A stretch of 64,000 nt of DNA. It comes from Pirellulales bacterium. Lineage in GTDB: Bacteria; Planctomycetota; Planctomycetia; Pirellulales; PALSA-1355. A program made the translations under genes and the position numbers. Shown in pieces: positions 32,720 through 42,284 of this stretch. Under the pieces are notes generated by a model. It was not told the DNA's origin and ran no database searches. It was given only the letters and a program-made list of their open reading frames with translations. The stretch covers positions 509 to 64,508 of the forward strand of contig JBGSKX010000248.1 in the NCBI GenBank assembly GCA_041741015.1, written 5' to 3'. Within the stretch, counting starts at the first letter, position 1; each line of letters begins with the position of its first letter.

Positions 32720-33892
32720 ATGCACAAGCAGGGAGCGAACGGTCCGGCGGCGCCAGAGCAGCCCGGGAACGGGAACACGCCGCGTGCTGCCCGGGGAATG
32801 ATCTATTGCGTCTTGGCCCTGGTGGCTGTCCTGGTCGTCTATAGCGGCTACTCGGTGATGCACGAACGCGCGTCCTTGAGAGCCAGCGATGCGCAGCTTG
32901 TGGCGCGGCACGGCCTGATCGAGCCCGTCTCGAAACCGCTCGCCAGCGAGTATCGCGATGACAACGGAGATTTGCTCGCGGATCATCCGGGTCAGGCCGC
33001 TGACCAGTTGAACCCGGATAGTCTGGTCTTGGCGTACTACGAGGGAGACGACGAAGGCGAGCGTGTGAACTGGCCCGCCTTCCAACAACAGCTCTCGGAA
33101 GTGACTGGCAAAGAGGTGACGATTCAGCCGTTTCTAAACAGCGCCGAAGAGATTGCGGACGTGCGAGCCGGGCGAATACAAGTCATCGCCCTGCACGCGG
33201 CCGACGTGCCTTACCTGGTCAACAACGCTGGGTATTTGCCGTTCGCCGTACTTGGCTCCGGAGAATCTGCCAGCGGCAACCATTTGCTGCTGGCCACGCG
33301 GCCGAAGTCGGGCGTGAAGTCGCTACGAGACTTAGCCGGTAAGACACTGGTTTGCACGCGCCCCGATTCGATCACGGGCTACCGGGCGGCTGTCGCGATC
33401 CTGGCAAGTGAGGCGGGCCTGCGCCCCTCGTTGGACTACAAAGTCGCCTTCTCGTTCGGGCAGAAGCGTTCGATCCTGGGCCTGATCGAAGGTGAGTACG
33501 AGGTCGGCAGCCTGTCGGCTGACCGACTGCAGAAGATGATTGAGGATGGCGAAGTTGCAGCCGAAGATCTGCACATCATCTACGAGTCGCAAATCATCCC
33601 CAGACTCGCACTGGGGTTCGTGCACAATCTGCGACCTGAGCTTGCCCAACAGATTCGAGACAGTGCGCTGCGGTTTGAAAACCCAGGTGGCGAGCTTGCG
33701 GGCACGGGTACCCCCATGCGTTTTCAGCCGATCGACTATCGACGAGACTTCGCGTTTGTGCGGCAGATCGATGACAGCTTCGATCCGCGATTTGGACAGG
33801 TTGCAAAGCAACAACGTAGTGCGACAACATCCGAAGACGTCCCGAGCGACGCTACGAGCGAGTCGGTGTCGCAAGCCGACGAGTCGAACTAG
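32720..33892 (+). CDS. PhnD-like (phosphate/phosphonate-type) periplasmic substrate-binding protein
   Basis: N-terminal anchor helix followed by a type-2 substrate-binding-protein-like pattern (LVLAYYEGD..., VCTRPDSITGY). No ABC permease or ATPase is adjacent. The family call is tentative. Confidence 0.5.
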   Translation: MHKQGANGPAAPEQPGNGNTPRAARGMIYCVLALVAVLVVYSGYSVMHERASLRASDAQLVARHGLIEPVSKPLASEYRDDNGDLLADHPGQAADQLNPDSLVLAYYEGDDEGERVNWPAFQQQLSEVTGKEVTIQPFLNSAEEIADVRAGRIQVIALHAADVPYLVNNAGYLPFAVLGSGESASGNHLLLATRPKSGVKSLRDLAGKTLVCTRPDSITGYRAAVAILASEAGLRPSLDYKVAFSFGQKRSILGLIEGEYEVGSLSADRLQKMIEDGEVAAEDLHIIYESQIIPRLALGFVHNLRPELAQQIRDSALRFENPGGELAGTGTPMRFQPIDYRRDFAFVRQIDDSFDPRFGQVAKQQRSATTSEDVPSDATSESVSQADESN

Positions 33893-33911
33893 CAAATCAC
33901 CCGAATGTGGG

Positions 33912-34796
33912 TCACTCGCCACCGCGGAGGCGGGCGGTCGAGAACGTCGAATCCGGCAGGTCGACGTTCAGTTTGAGATTCGTGTACGTGTATTCCGCGA
34001 TCAGCGGCGCCGGTCGGCCTTCGATCTTGGGCCAATCGGAGTAGTCGACGCGGACCGGCGCATGAAGCTCGTCATCGACGAACACGTTCGCCTGATGGAA
34101 TTCAAGCCCTTGCATGGGCTGGGGGTGCGTGATGCGGATTACCGTGCACTCACGGCCATTGATTTTCGCACCGCGAATCCGTTCGGCGGTTGTGTTCTGT
34201 CCTGTGACATCGATCTGGCGATGCTTCTCGAGGACGTCGATCATGTGGGCCAGCAGGCGATTGAAACCAATGCCGGTCACAGGCACCAGGGTTTCTTCAC
34301 GCGCGGCCTCGCTGTTGGGATCGACGTCGGCGATGACATAGTCGAAATGCTTGCCGCCGTTGCGCACCAGGATTTTGCCCTGATTCGCACCTTCGACGAA
34401 GATGACCCGGCGATCAAGCACATTCTTGGGCCCCAGAAAATGCAAGTAAATCGAGAGCGGTCGAATAAGCTGCCCACCCTGGGACTGCGCCTCGCGCACT
34501 TCCATATCAATGAAGTGCATCTCTTGCAGGACGCCGTTGATCCGTTCGCGTTTCACCAGGCGACAGGTAAAGTCACGCACCATGCGGTTCATGTATTGCT
34601 GTTCGCGTCGGGCGTACTCGATAACCGCCGTTAATGGCTGCTTCGCGTTGGCCACTTCAGGGCGGTAGGTGGATACCCGAGACGTCGTGCTTTGCGGCGC
34701 TTCCGCGATCGCGCGCGTCCCGCTTTCAAGCGTACCGACAATGAGCCCTGCTCCAAGCACTATCGCGACGGGGCGACCAGACAGCATCGAAGTCAT
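33912..34796 (-). CDS. Secreted hypothetical protein
   Basis: Signal-like N-terminus and a long ORF with ordinary amino-acid composition. No motif recognised. Confidence 0.5.
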   Translation of the reverse strand: MTSMLSGRPVAIVLGAGLIVGTLESGTRAIAEAPQSTTSRVSTYRPEVANAKQPLTAVIEYARREQQYMNRMVRDFTCRLVKRERINGVLQEMHFIDMEVREAQSQGGQLIRPLSIYLHFLGPKNVLDRRVIFVEGANQGKILVRNGGKHFDYVIADVDPNSEAAREETLVPVTGIGFNRLLAHMIDVLEKHRQIDVTGQNTTAERIRGAKINGRECTVIRITHPQPMQGLEFHQANVFVDDELHAPVRVDYSDWPKIEGRPAPLIAEYTYTNLKLNVDLPDSTFSTARLRGGE

Positions 34797-35020
34797 CCTT
34801 TGAGAAGTGTGCGGCGACCGTGCTTGGCCGCTGGCCCCAGGCGAATCGGAGCATTGAGACAGGTTCGCAAGAAAAGCGTTGAAGTATTGCGTACGAACCG
34901 GGACCGGGCAAACTGCCGTGACAGTGAAATCTCGGGTAGATTTCAGCTATCGCGGCCTTACAATCGCCACAGATTCGCCAGCTTCTCGTTGAAGGGAGGT
35001 CGGTGGTCGCCAGTGGGATT

Positions 35021-36226
35021 CTAGGCGCCTGCCACCCTCTCGGCCAGGAGCTTGCCCAGGCGTTCGTTCATCATCTCAGTAGTCCCATCGGCAAAGGCTG
35101 CCATCTTGGCTGCCAGCATGTGGCGAACGAGCGGATACTCTTCACGAAGCCCGTTGGCGCCCAGCGATTGGATGCAATTGGACAGGTGGTGCAGCGTGCG
35201 ATCGCCTGCGAATTTCTTCGCGGTCGCCGCCGCGGCATGCGCGAACTTGCGAAGATCAGGATCATCGGACGAGATCAGCCGCGCTGCTCGATAAGTGAGC
35301 AGCCGTAGCGCCGCCAGATCGGTCGCCACCTCGACCAATGACCAGCGGAGCCCTTGAAACTCGATGGTCGGCTGCCCGAATGCCCGGCGCTTCGTCGTGT
35401 ACTCGATCGCCACATCGAGCGCCGACTCGAGCATTCCCGCGCACATAGCCGCAACATAACAGCGAGCCCCGTTAATGCCATCGAGCGCCGCGCGCAGAGC
35501 CGTGCCGGGAGGTTGAAGCACTGCAGCGTCGGGTACGAAGTAATCTCGCAGTTGGAAACCGCCCAGGCCGATGGCTCGTCCGCCGGAAGTCTCGTAAGGC
35601 GTGTCGCGGTGAAAGCCTTCCTGATCCGCCTCGACCAGCACGAGCGCGATGCCTGCAGCACCGCTGCGGGGCTGGACTTGTACGAGCGTCAGGAACACCT
35701 CCGCCCAGGCGGCGCCGGTGATCCAGCTCTTGGAGCCTGTCACTCGCCACCCGCCATCGGTTCGATCGGCATAGGTCTCCAGTTGCACGAGGTCACTGCC
35801 GTGGGCCGGCTCGGTGTAGGCCGACGCACCGAAATGCTTGCCGGCAATAAGCTCCGGCAGCAACCTTGCGCGGGTGTTCTCTTCCGCCTGCGCCACGCGT
35901 ACCAGTGCGTTGTGGTGGTTCACCAGCGCGAACGCGAAGCCGAAGTCCGCTTTGGCCAACTCCTCGACGATCCGCAGCTTGGCGGCAAACCGCATGCCGT
36001 GTCCGCCAAGATTTGACGGTAGCTCGATGGTCGCCAAACCGGCGTTACAGGCTTCCCGAAGCGTCGCCTGGGGATCGAGTTGCCCGCGCTGCCACCCTGC
36101 CGCCCTCGGCGCGACGACTTCGCTGGCGAACTGCCGCGCACGATTGACGAGTGCGGTTTCCGACTGTGTGAGCGAGCCGTCGAACTCCCGCACGATGTCA
36201 TCGCTGGCCACGCGGTGCTGTTCCAT
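35021..36226 (-). CDS. Acyl-CoA dehydrogenase
   Basis: ACAD N-terminal, middle and C-terminal domain pattern (TEPAHGSD, WITGA). The start ATG overlaps the sulfatase stop (TAATG). Confidence 0.85.
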   Translation of the reverse strand: MEQHRVASDDIVREFDGSLTQSETALVNRARQFASEVVAPRAAGWQRGQLDPQATLREACNAGLATIELPSNLGGHGMRFAAKLRIVEELAKADFGFAFALVNHHNALVRVAQAEENTRARLLPELIAGKHFGASAYTEPAHGSDLVQLETYADRTDGGWRVTGSKSWITGAAWAEVFLTLVQVQPRSGAAGIALVLVEADQEGFHRDTPYETSGGRAIGLGGFQLRDYFVPDAAVLQPPGTALRAALDGINGARCYVAAMCAGMLESALDVAIEYTTKRRAFGQPTIEFQGLRWSLVEVATDLAALRLLTYRAARLISSDDPDLRKFAHAAAATAKKFAGDRTLHHLSNCIQSLGANGLREEYPLVRHMLAAKMAAFADGTTEMMNERLGKLLAERVAGA

Positions 36227-37731
36227 TAGTTCCGATCCAGCGCCGGGAATGGAAATTCGGCCGAAGGCCGGTGCTCGCGTCGCATGATTTCGGCCATCTG
36301 CTGCACGACCTGTGGATTCTGCGCGGCTACGTCGCGCAACTCTCCTGGATCTTCCGCGAGATTGTAAAGCTCGAGGCGCAAGTTCGGTTCGCTACGTCCG
36401 CCATCCGGCATGACATTCTGACGAATGGCTTTCCAGTCCCCCATCCTAAGCGATTGCTGGCCGTCGTACGCCGGGAACTCGCGATACAGGAATTCGCGCG
36501 GGGGTTGCGACTCTCCTAATAGCAAAGGCGCCATGCTTCGGCCGTCGAGCCCGGCTGGTGTCAGTTCCTTGGAGGCCGCAAGTTCCAGCAGGGTCGGCAG
36601 CCAATCCTCAAATCCACTTACGAAATCTTCCGTTCGAGCCGGTTTGATCCGCCCCTTCCAGCGGACAATCGTGGGGACTCGGATGCCGCCCTCATAGAGC
36701 GAACCCTTTCTGCCGCGCAGTGAGCCTGCGGAGTTAAAGAAGTCCGAATCCGTGCCTCCCAGTTCGTCATACAGCGGACCGTTGTCAGAACTGAAGACAA
36801 AGATCGTGTCCTGATCGAGCCCGAGTTCTTCGATCAAGCACATGATCCTGCCAACCTCGCGATCCATGCGGGTGACCATCGCGGCATAGGCAGCCCGCGG
36901 CTCGCGATGCGGCAGGTAGCGACGATCGCCCACGTAGGGTCGATCCGCAAACTTCCCGCGATATTCGGCCAGCGAGTCTGCGGGAACCTGCAGCGCCAGG
37001 TGCGGCACCGTCGTCGGATAGTAAAGAAAGAACGGCCGCTCGCGATTGGCACGAATGAACTCGATCGCCTGCTCGGTAATCAGGTCAGGCGCATAGTCCT
37101 GGCCGGAGTAACGTGCGTACGCTGCTGGGTCGCTGGGATCCGCATCGATCGGCAGCTTCTGATGGGCCGAGAAATCCGGGTTGTTTAGAACGACTTTCGC
37201 ATCGTCGCTCCACAAATATGCCGGGTAGTAGTTGTGAGCCTTTGCCTGGCACAAATAGCCATAGAAGCGATCGAAGCCTTGTCGCGCTGGCGTGGAATGA
37301 CTGGCCGGCGGACCGAGGCCCCACTTGCCGAAGCCACCAGTCGCGTACCCTGCCTGCTTGAGGAGCTTCGCGAGTGTCACCGTTTCCGCCGGCATCGGAT
37401 ATTGCCCTTCCGGCGGGACGCTCTTGTTGTTGCGAATGAATGCGTGCCCCGGGTGCAATCCGGTCATCAGCACACAGCGTGAAGGAGCGCACACGGCGTT
37501 GCCGCTGTAATGCTGCGTGAGCCGCACGCCTTCGGCAGCCATCCCGTCAAGGTTCGGAGTGCGGATCTTGGCCTGGCCAAAACAACCGAGGTCACCGTAG
37601 CCCAGATCATCGGCGAGCAGTAGCACGATATTGGGTTTTCGCTCGTTGCCGATCGCGATTGAACCGGCCAGTACAAAAACCACCGCGGCGACCAGCGAAA
37701 CAAACAAGGGCACTCGCTGCAGTTGACTCAT
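36226..37731 (-). CDS. Arylsulfatase (formylglycine-dependent, type I sulfatase)
   Basis: Signal/anchor. LLLADDLGYGDLGCFG and the formylglycine motif CAPSRCVLMTG. Confidence 0.9.
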   Translation of the reverse strand: MSQLQRVPLFVSLVAAVVFVLAGSIAIGNERKPNIVLLLADDLGYGDLGCFGQAKIRTPNLDGMAAEGVRLTQHYSGNAVCAPSRCVLMTGLHPGHAFIRNNKSVPPEGQYPMPAETVTLAKLLKQAGYATGGFGKWGLGPPASHSTPARQGFDRFYGYLCQAKAHNYYPAYLWSDDAKVVLNNPDFSAHQKLPIDADPSDPAAYARYSGQDYAPDLITEQAIEFIRANRERPFFLYYPTTVPHLALQVPADSLAEYRGKFADRPYVGDRRYLPHREPRAAYAAMVTRMDREVGRIMCLIEELGLDQDTIFVFSSDNGPLYDELGGTDSDFFNSAGSLRGRKGSLYEGGIRVPTIVRWKGRIKPARTEDFVSGFEDWLPTLLELAASKELTPAGLDGRSMAPLLLGESQPPREFLYREFPAYDGQQSLRMGDWKAIRQNVMPDGGRSEPNLRLELYNLAEDPGELRDVAAQNPQVVQQMAEIMRREHRPSAEFPFPALDRN

Positions 37732-37769
37732 CAGTTATCCGCCTTTATACGCGACCCAAGTTGCGATGC

Positions 37770-38357
37770 TCAGCTGGAGAGCGTCTTCTCAAATCCTTCG
37801 AGGTCGTCGTCCAGTTGTACGCCAAAGCTGTTCAGCGCCATCGAGACCAGGTTGTACTGCCCCACGGTGAACACGAGATCGACCAACTGGCTCTGAGTGT
37901 AGACTTGACTCAAGGCCTGCCAGGTGGCATCCGACACGCAGGCGTCCTGATGCAGCTCATCGGTCGCCCGCACGAGCAGCCGATCGGCAGCGTTAAGTCG
38001 TGCTGAATCAGCCCCCTCGCTGATGCCGCGAATCTCGTCGTCGGTCAGTCCCGCGCGTTTGCCAATGCGCACATGCTGGGCCCATTCATATTCCGACTGA
38101 CAAAGCCAGCCGATCCGCAGGATTAGAATCTCTCGCTCGCGGGGCGGCACGGTGTTGTCGCGCAGCACGTAGGTCGCGAACGGCAACCAGTACTTCGCGA
38201 GTAACGTGTGCTGGCAGAACGTGGCGAACACGTTCCAGACCTTCCCTTTGCGTTTCAGGCCTTCCATCAATTGCTGTTGTTCGGGACTCGCCGAGCTCTC
38301 GGTCAAGGGCGGGATGCGCGGAGACTCGGGACGCGGGCGAGACGGGACAGCGGGCAT
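37770..38357 (-). CDS. Carboxymuconolactone decarboxylase (AhpD-like) family protein
   Basis: EREILILRIGWLCQSEYEWAQH is a CMD-domain pattern. Confidence 0.7.
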   Translation of the reverse strand: MPAVPSRPRPESPRIPPLTESSASPEQQQLMEGLKRKGKVWNVFATFCQHTLLAKYWLPFATYVLRDNTVPPREREILILRIGWLCQSEYEWAQHVRIGKRAGLTDDEIRGISEGADSARLNAADRLLVRATDELHQDACVSDATWQALSQVYTQSQLVDLVFTVGQYNLVSMALNSFGVQLDDDLEGFEKTLSS

Positions 38358-38492
38358 GGCCAAGAGTTCCTGAACAAAGAATATTGCGGTCGGCGGCAGA
38401 TGGTCGAATCGCACGCCGACGAGTGTTATGATCTAGCCGTTACGATCGCCAATAGTGCACGATCTGCCGGCCATTCTAAGCGAGGCGCATTC

Positions 38493-39245
38493 ATGGGTAA
38501 AATATTCAGTTTCTTCAGCGGACTTGTCTGCATTGCGTTGTTGTCCCCCGCCCTGGGCGAAGACGCTCCGCGACAAGTGGCGAAAACACTTGAATTCAAG
38601 GTGCCGGTCAAACTCGACTACCTGCTGTACCTGCCGCCCGACTACGAAAAGCAAGACGCCTGGCCATTGGTGATCTTTCTGCACGGCGCAGGCGAACGTG
38701 GCAACGATCTGGAACTCGTCAAGAAGCATGGCCCGCCGAAGCTGATCGCTGAGGGAAAAGACTTTCCGGCCATCGTCGTAAGCCCACAGTGCAGCAACGG
38801 CCGCTGGTGGCATGCACAACTGCTGGAGTTGACGGCGCTCATCGACGACATTGAGACGAACTACAAAGTCGACAAGAGCCGGGTCTACCTGACGGGACTG
38901 AGCATGGGAGGATTCGGCACCTGGGCTCTCGCCGCATACACGCCAGACCGGTTCGCGGCACTCGTCCCCATCTGTGGTGGTGGCGAGGCCCTTGTGGCGC
39001 GCTCACTCACGAAGACCCCCATTTGGGTTTTTCATGGCGCGAAGGACGCCATCGTACCGCTCAAGCGAAGCGAAGACATGGTCGCAGCAGTCAAGCGTTC
39101 CAAGGGAAACGTGGAGTTCACCGTGTATCCCGAGGCGCAGCACGACTCATGGACCGAAACCTACGCGAATCCTGATGTTTGGAAATGGTTGTTCGAGCAG
39201 CGACGCGAAACGGGAGACAACAACGGTTCGCAAATAACAAAGTGA
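38493..39245 (+). CDS. Secreted alpha/beta-hydrolase (phospholipase/carboxylesterase-like)
   Basis: Signal peptide MGKIFSFFSGLVCIALLSPALG, LVIFLHGAGERGNDL, and the nucleophile elbow GLSMGGFG. Confidence 0.8.
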   Translation: MGKIFSFFSGLVCIALLSPALGEDAPRQVAKTLEFKVPVKLDYLLYLPPDYEKQDAWPLVIFLHGAGERGNDLELVKKHGPPKLIAEGKDFPAIVVSPQCSNGRWWHAQLLELTALIDDIETNYKVDKSRVYLTGLSMGGFGTWALAAYTPDRFAALVPICGGGEALVARSLTKTPIWVFHGAKDAIVPLKRSEDMVAAVKRSKGNVEFTVYPEAQHDSWTETYANPDVWKWLFEQRRETGDNNGSQITK

Positions 39246-39371
39246 ATCAGCGCAAAAACAAGTTTTGCGGCGGGTTCGACGTGACGCCCCCGTGCTGGAC
39301 TTGACCAAATGGGCACTGGCCATTAGCTTTGCTTATAGCTCTGTAGAGCTATCCGACTAGGCGAGGCCGGC

Positions 39372-39734
39372 ATGACAAATTTGCAGCCAAAACTCAAGCG
39401 AGTCCGCAGCCTCACCTGCCGCCAGTTCAGACGCGGCGGGTGGATGGCGCTGGTGACGCTATGCAAGGTCGCCTTGCTCCTGGCGATGTTTCGCTCCTCG
39501 GCGCCGCTCGCCGAGATTAACTACGAAATCGTCGAGCAATCGAGCGTTGAAACCGCCTGCGCAGACGAGGGTCGCGTCACAACGGCCCGCAGCACGGTCA
39601 CCCACAAGTTGGCGGTCCGAGCGCTGCACCGAGACATGGGTGTGGCGGCCAGCAGTAGCGAACGGCCTACGCCGGGAAGCTGCCCTCAGGGACATCGCTG
39701 GTCAAACGGATTAAACGCGCCGCGTCTGTGTTAG
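39372..39734 (+). CDS. Small hypothetical membrane-anchored protein (weak call)
   Basis: 120-aa ORF with one hydrophobic helix (WMALVTLCKVALLLAMF). It is the only sizeable ORF in a 730-nt gap. No homology recognised. Confidence 0.25.
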   Translation: MTNLQPKLKRVRSLTCRQFRRGGWMALVTLCKVALLLAMFRSSAPLAEINYEIVEQSSVETACADEGRVTTARSTVTHKLAVRALHRDMGVAASSSERPTPGSCPQGHRWSNGLNAPRLC

Positions 39735-39978
39735 GCGCTACTCTCTTCGTCTCCCGTTTACCGAGGTCGCCGCGCGCCGACTAGTCAGCCGGTGCGCATG
39801 GAACTGTGTATCCGAATTCCGCCGTCTGCTCTTACCGTGCTTCGGGCCTGACTACAGCCCGCAGCTGCGCTGAAAGTGGTTCGAACATTCTGTTCGAATT
39901 TTAGCCAGTGACGGCGACCGCGATCGAGTTCCGCGATCAAGGATTCGCAATGGAATCGCCACTTGAGAGAGTTGAACC

Positions 39979-42273
39979 ATGTCGCAGCCGTCTGTACCCT
40001 CCACCTCCACGAACGGCTACTCGCCGCTGAATGTACTGCGCGACTTGACTGCCTCGGCAGTCGTTTTCGTCGTCGCACTGCCGCTTTGCCTCGGAATCGC
40101 CATGGCCTCTGGCGCCCCGCTCATGTCGGGCGTCATCTCGGGAATTATCGGCGGGATTATCGTGGGCCTGTTGAGCGGCTCGCATACCAGCGTCAGCGGT
40201 CCCGGCAACAGCATGATGGCGATTGCCGCAGTGCAGATCGCCAGTCTGGGATCATTCGAGGCCTTCCTGCTCGCGGTAATCGTCGCCGGCGGGATGCAAT
40301 TGCTGCTGGGCCTGATGCGAGCAGGCGCGATCGCCGCCTTCTTTCCCAACAGCGTGATCAAGGGACTGCTTACCGCAATCGGCATCATCCTGATTATGAA
40401 GCAGATTCCGCATCTGTTCGGCCACGACAAAGACCCGGAGGGAGACATGTCCTTCTTCCAGCCGGACAACGAGAACACTTTTTCCGAACTCGTGGAGCTG
40501 CTGTTCGACGTCCACCCGGGCGCGGCGGTCGTGGGCGTCGTGTCCGTGGTATTTTTACTCCTGTGGGATCAGTACAAGCCGCTGCGCAAGTCGATAATTC
40601 CCTCGCAACTGCTGGTTGTCCTGATGGGCGTGGTACTCGGGCAGGTGATTTCGCAATTTGGCAGCAGTTGGGTCATCGGCCCGACGCACCTGGTGCAGGT
40701 GCCCATAGCGAAAGACTTCTATGACTTCATGGATTTCCTGAGCAAGCCGGATTTTTCGCTCTGGAACCAGACGGCCATCTACACGACAGCCATTGCGATT
40801 ACACTGATCGCTTCGCTGGAAACACTGCTCAATCTGGAGGCGGGCGACCGGCTGGATCCCAAGCGGCGGAGTTCCCCCCCCAGCCGTGAACTCGTCGCGC
40901 AGGGCTTAGGTAACATTGCCACTGGTTTCATGGGTGGCATACCCATCACGTCCGTTGTGGTTCGTACTTCGATCAATATCAACACCGGCGCACAGTCGAA
41001 ACTCTCCACGATCTTTCATGGGATCTGGCTCTTGGCCGCCGTGGCCGTGTTTCCCACCTGGATCAACATGGTGCCGCTGTCCTGCCTGGCCGCGATTCTG
41101 CTCGTTGCCGGTTTCAAGCTGGCCAGCCCGCGGGTCTTTCGCGAAATGTGGAACGATGGTCGCTACCAATTCCTGCCGTTCATCGCAACGGTCTTGGCGA
41201 TCGTGTTCACCGACCTTCTGATCGGGATTCTCATCGGCCTCGGCGTTGCAATCAGCTTTATTCTCAACAGCAATCTGCGGCGGCCGTTGCGGCGCCACGT
41301 CGAGCGCCATCTCGGCGGCGACGTGCTGCACATCGAGCTGGCGAATCAGGTCAGCTTCCTGAATCGGGCCATGCTTTCGAAAGTACTCAACGAAGTGCCG
41401 CGCGGGGGACACGTGCTGATTGACGCCCAGGGCACCGACTACATCGATCCGGACGTGCTCGATCAACTTCGCGAGTATCGCGACAAGACGGCGCCTGCCC
41501 GCGGCGTGGAAGTCAGTTTCCGCGGATTCCGCAACAAGTACCATATCAAGGACCAGATTCAGTACGTCGACTACTCGACGCGCGACTTGCAGGAATCGCT
41601 TACGCCTGAAAAAGTTTTGACGATCCTTAAGGAAGGACATCACCGCTTCCGCACGGGCCAGCGGCTCACGCGCGACTTGGGAAGAATCGTAAGCGCTACG
41701 GCCGAAGGTCAGCACCCGCTGGCCGTGGTACTCAGTTGCGTCGATTCACGCACGCCAGCCGAATTCATTTTCGATCTCGGCGTGGGGGATATCTTCGTTG
41801 TTCGCATTGCCGGCAACATCATCAGCCGCAAGGTGCTCGGAAGCCTCGAGTATGGGACTGCCATGGCCAGTGCCAAGCTGATTCTGGTGATGGGGCACAC
41901 CCGCTGTGGGGCCGTTGCGACAGCCGTGAAACTGGCCGGCAGCCCGGAGTCGACAGAGAAGATGACCGGCTGCGCCCACGTCGAATCGGTGCTGCAAGAA
42001 ATTCAGTCGGCCATCGATCCCAATCGCTTGCGGCGCACGGATCGCTCGTCGCCCGAGGCACTCGAACAGTTTGTCAATGAAGTCGCTAAGGCCAACGTGC
42101 TACGAACCTGTCAGCAGATCATCGAGACGAGTGAGACGATTCGCAAGCTGGTGCGCGAGGAACGCGCAATGGTGGTCGGCGCGGTCTACGACGTGGTGAC
42201 TGGCACGCTCGAGTTCGTCACCCCCAATGGGACGGCGCTACCTGTCGAAACGGAGTCCGAAATCGTGGCGTAA
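39979..42273 (+). CDS. SulP-family anion transporter with a STAS domain, fused to a beta-class carbonic anhydrase
   Basis: SulP transmembrane core and a STAS region. The beta-carbonic-anhydrase zinc-site motifs are SCVDSRTPAEFIFD and MGHTRCGAV. Confidence 0.9.
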   Translation: MSQPSVPSTSTNGYSPLNVLRDLTASAVVFVVALPLCLGIAMASGAPLMSGVISGIIGGIIVGLLSGSHTSVSGPGNSMMAIAAVQIASLGSFEAFLLAVIVAGGMQLLLGLMRAGAIAAFFPNSVIKGLLTAIGIILIMKQIPHLFGHDKDPEGDMSFFQPDNENTFSELVELLFDVHPGAAVVGVVSVVFLLLWDQYKPLRKSIIPSQLLVVLMGVVLGQVISQFGSSWVIGPTHLVQVPIAKDFYDFMDFLSKPDFSLWNQTAIYTTAIAITLIASLETLLNLEAGDRLDPKRRSSPPSRELVAQGLGNIATGFMGGIPITSVVVRTSININTGAQSKLSTIFHGIWLLAAVAVFPTWINMVPLSCLAAILLVAGFKLASPRVFREMWNDGRYQFLPFIATVLAIVFTDLLIGILIGLGVAISFILNSNLRRPLRRHVERHLGGDVLHIELANQVSFLNRAMLSKVLNEVPRGGHVLIDAQGTDYIDPDVLDQLREYRDKTAPARGVEVSFRGFRNKYHIKDQIQYVDYSTRDLQESLTPEKVLTILKEGHHRFRTGQRLTRDLGRIVSATAEGQHPLAVVLSCVDSRTPAEFIFDLGVGDIFVVRIAGNIISRKVLGSLEYGTAMASAKLILVMGHTRCGAVATAVKLAGSPESTEKMTGCAHVESVLQEIQSAIDPNRLRRTDRSSPEALEQFVNEVAKANVLRTCQQIIETSETIRKLVREERAMVVGAVYDVVTGTLEFVTPNGTALPVETESEIVA

Positions 42274-42284
42274 GCCCTCGTGAC

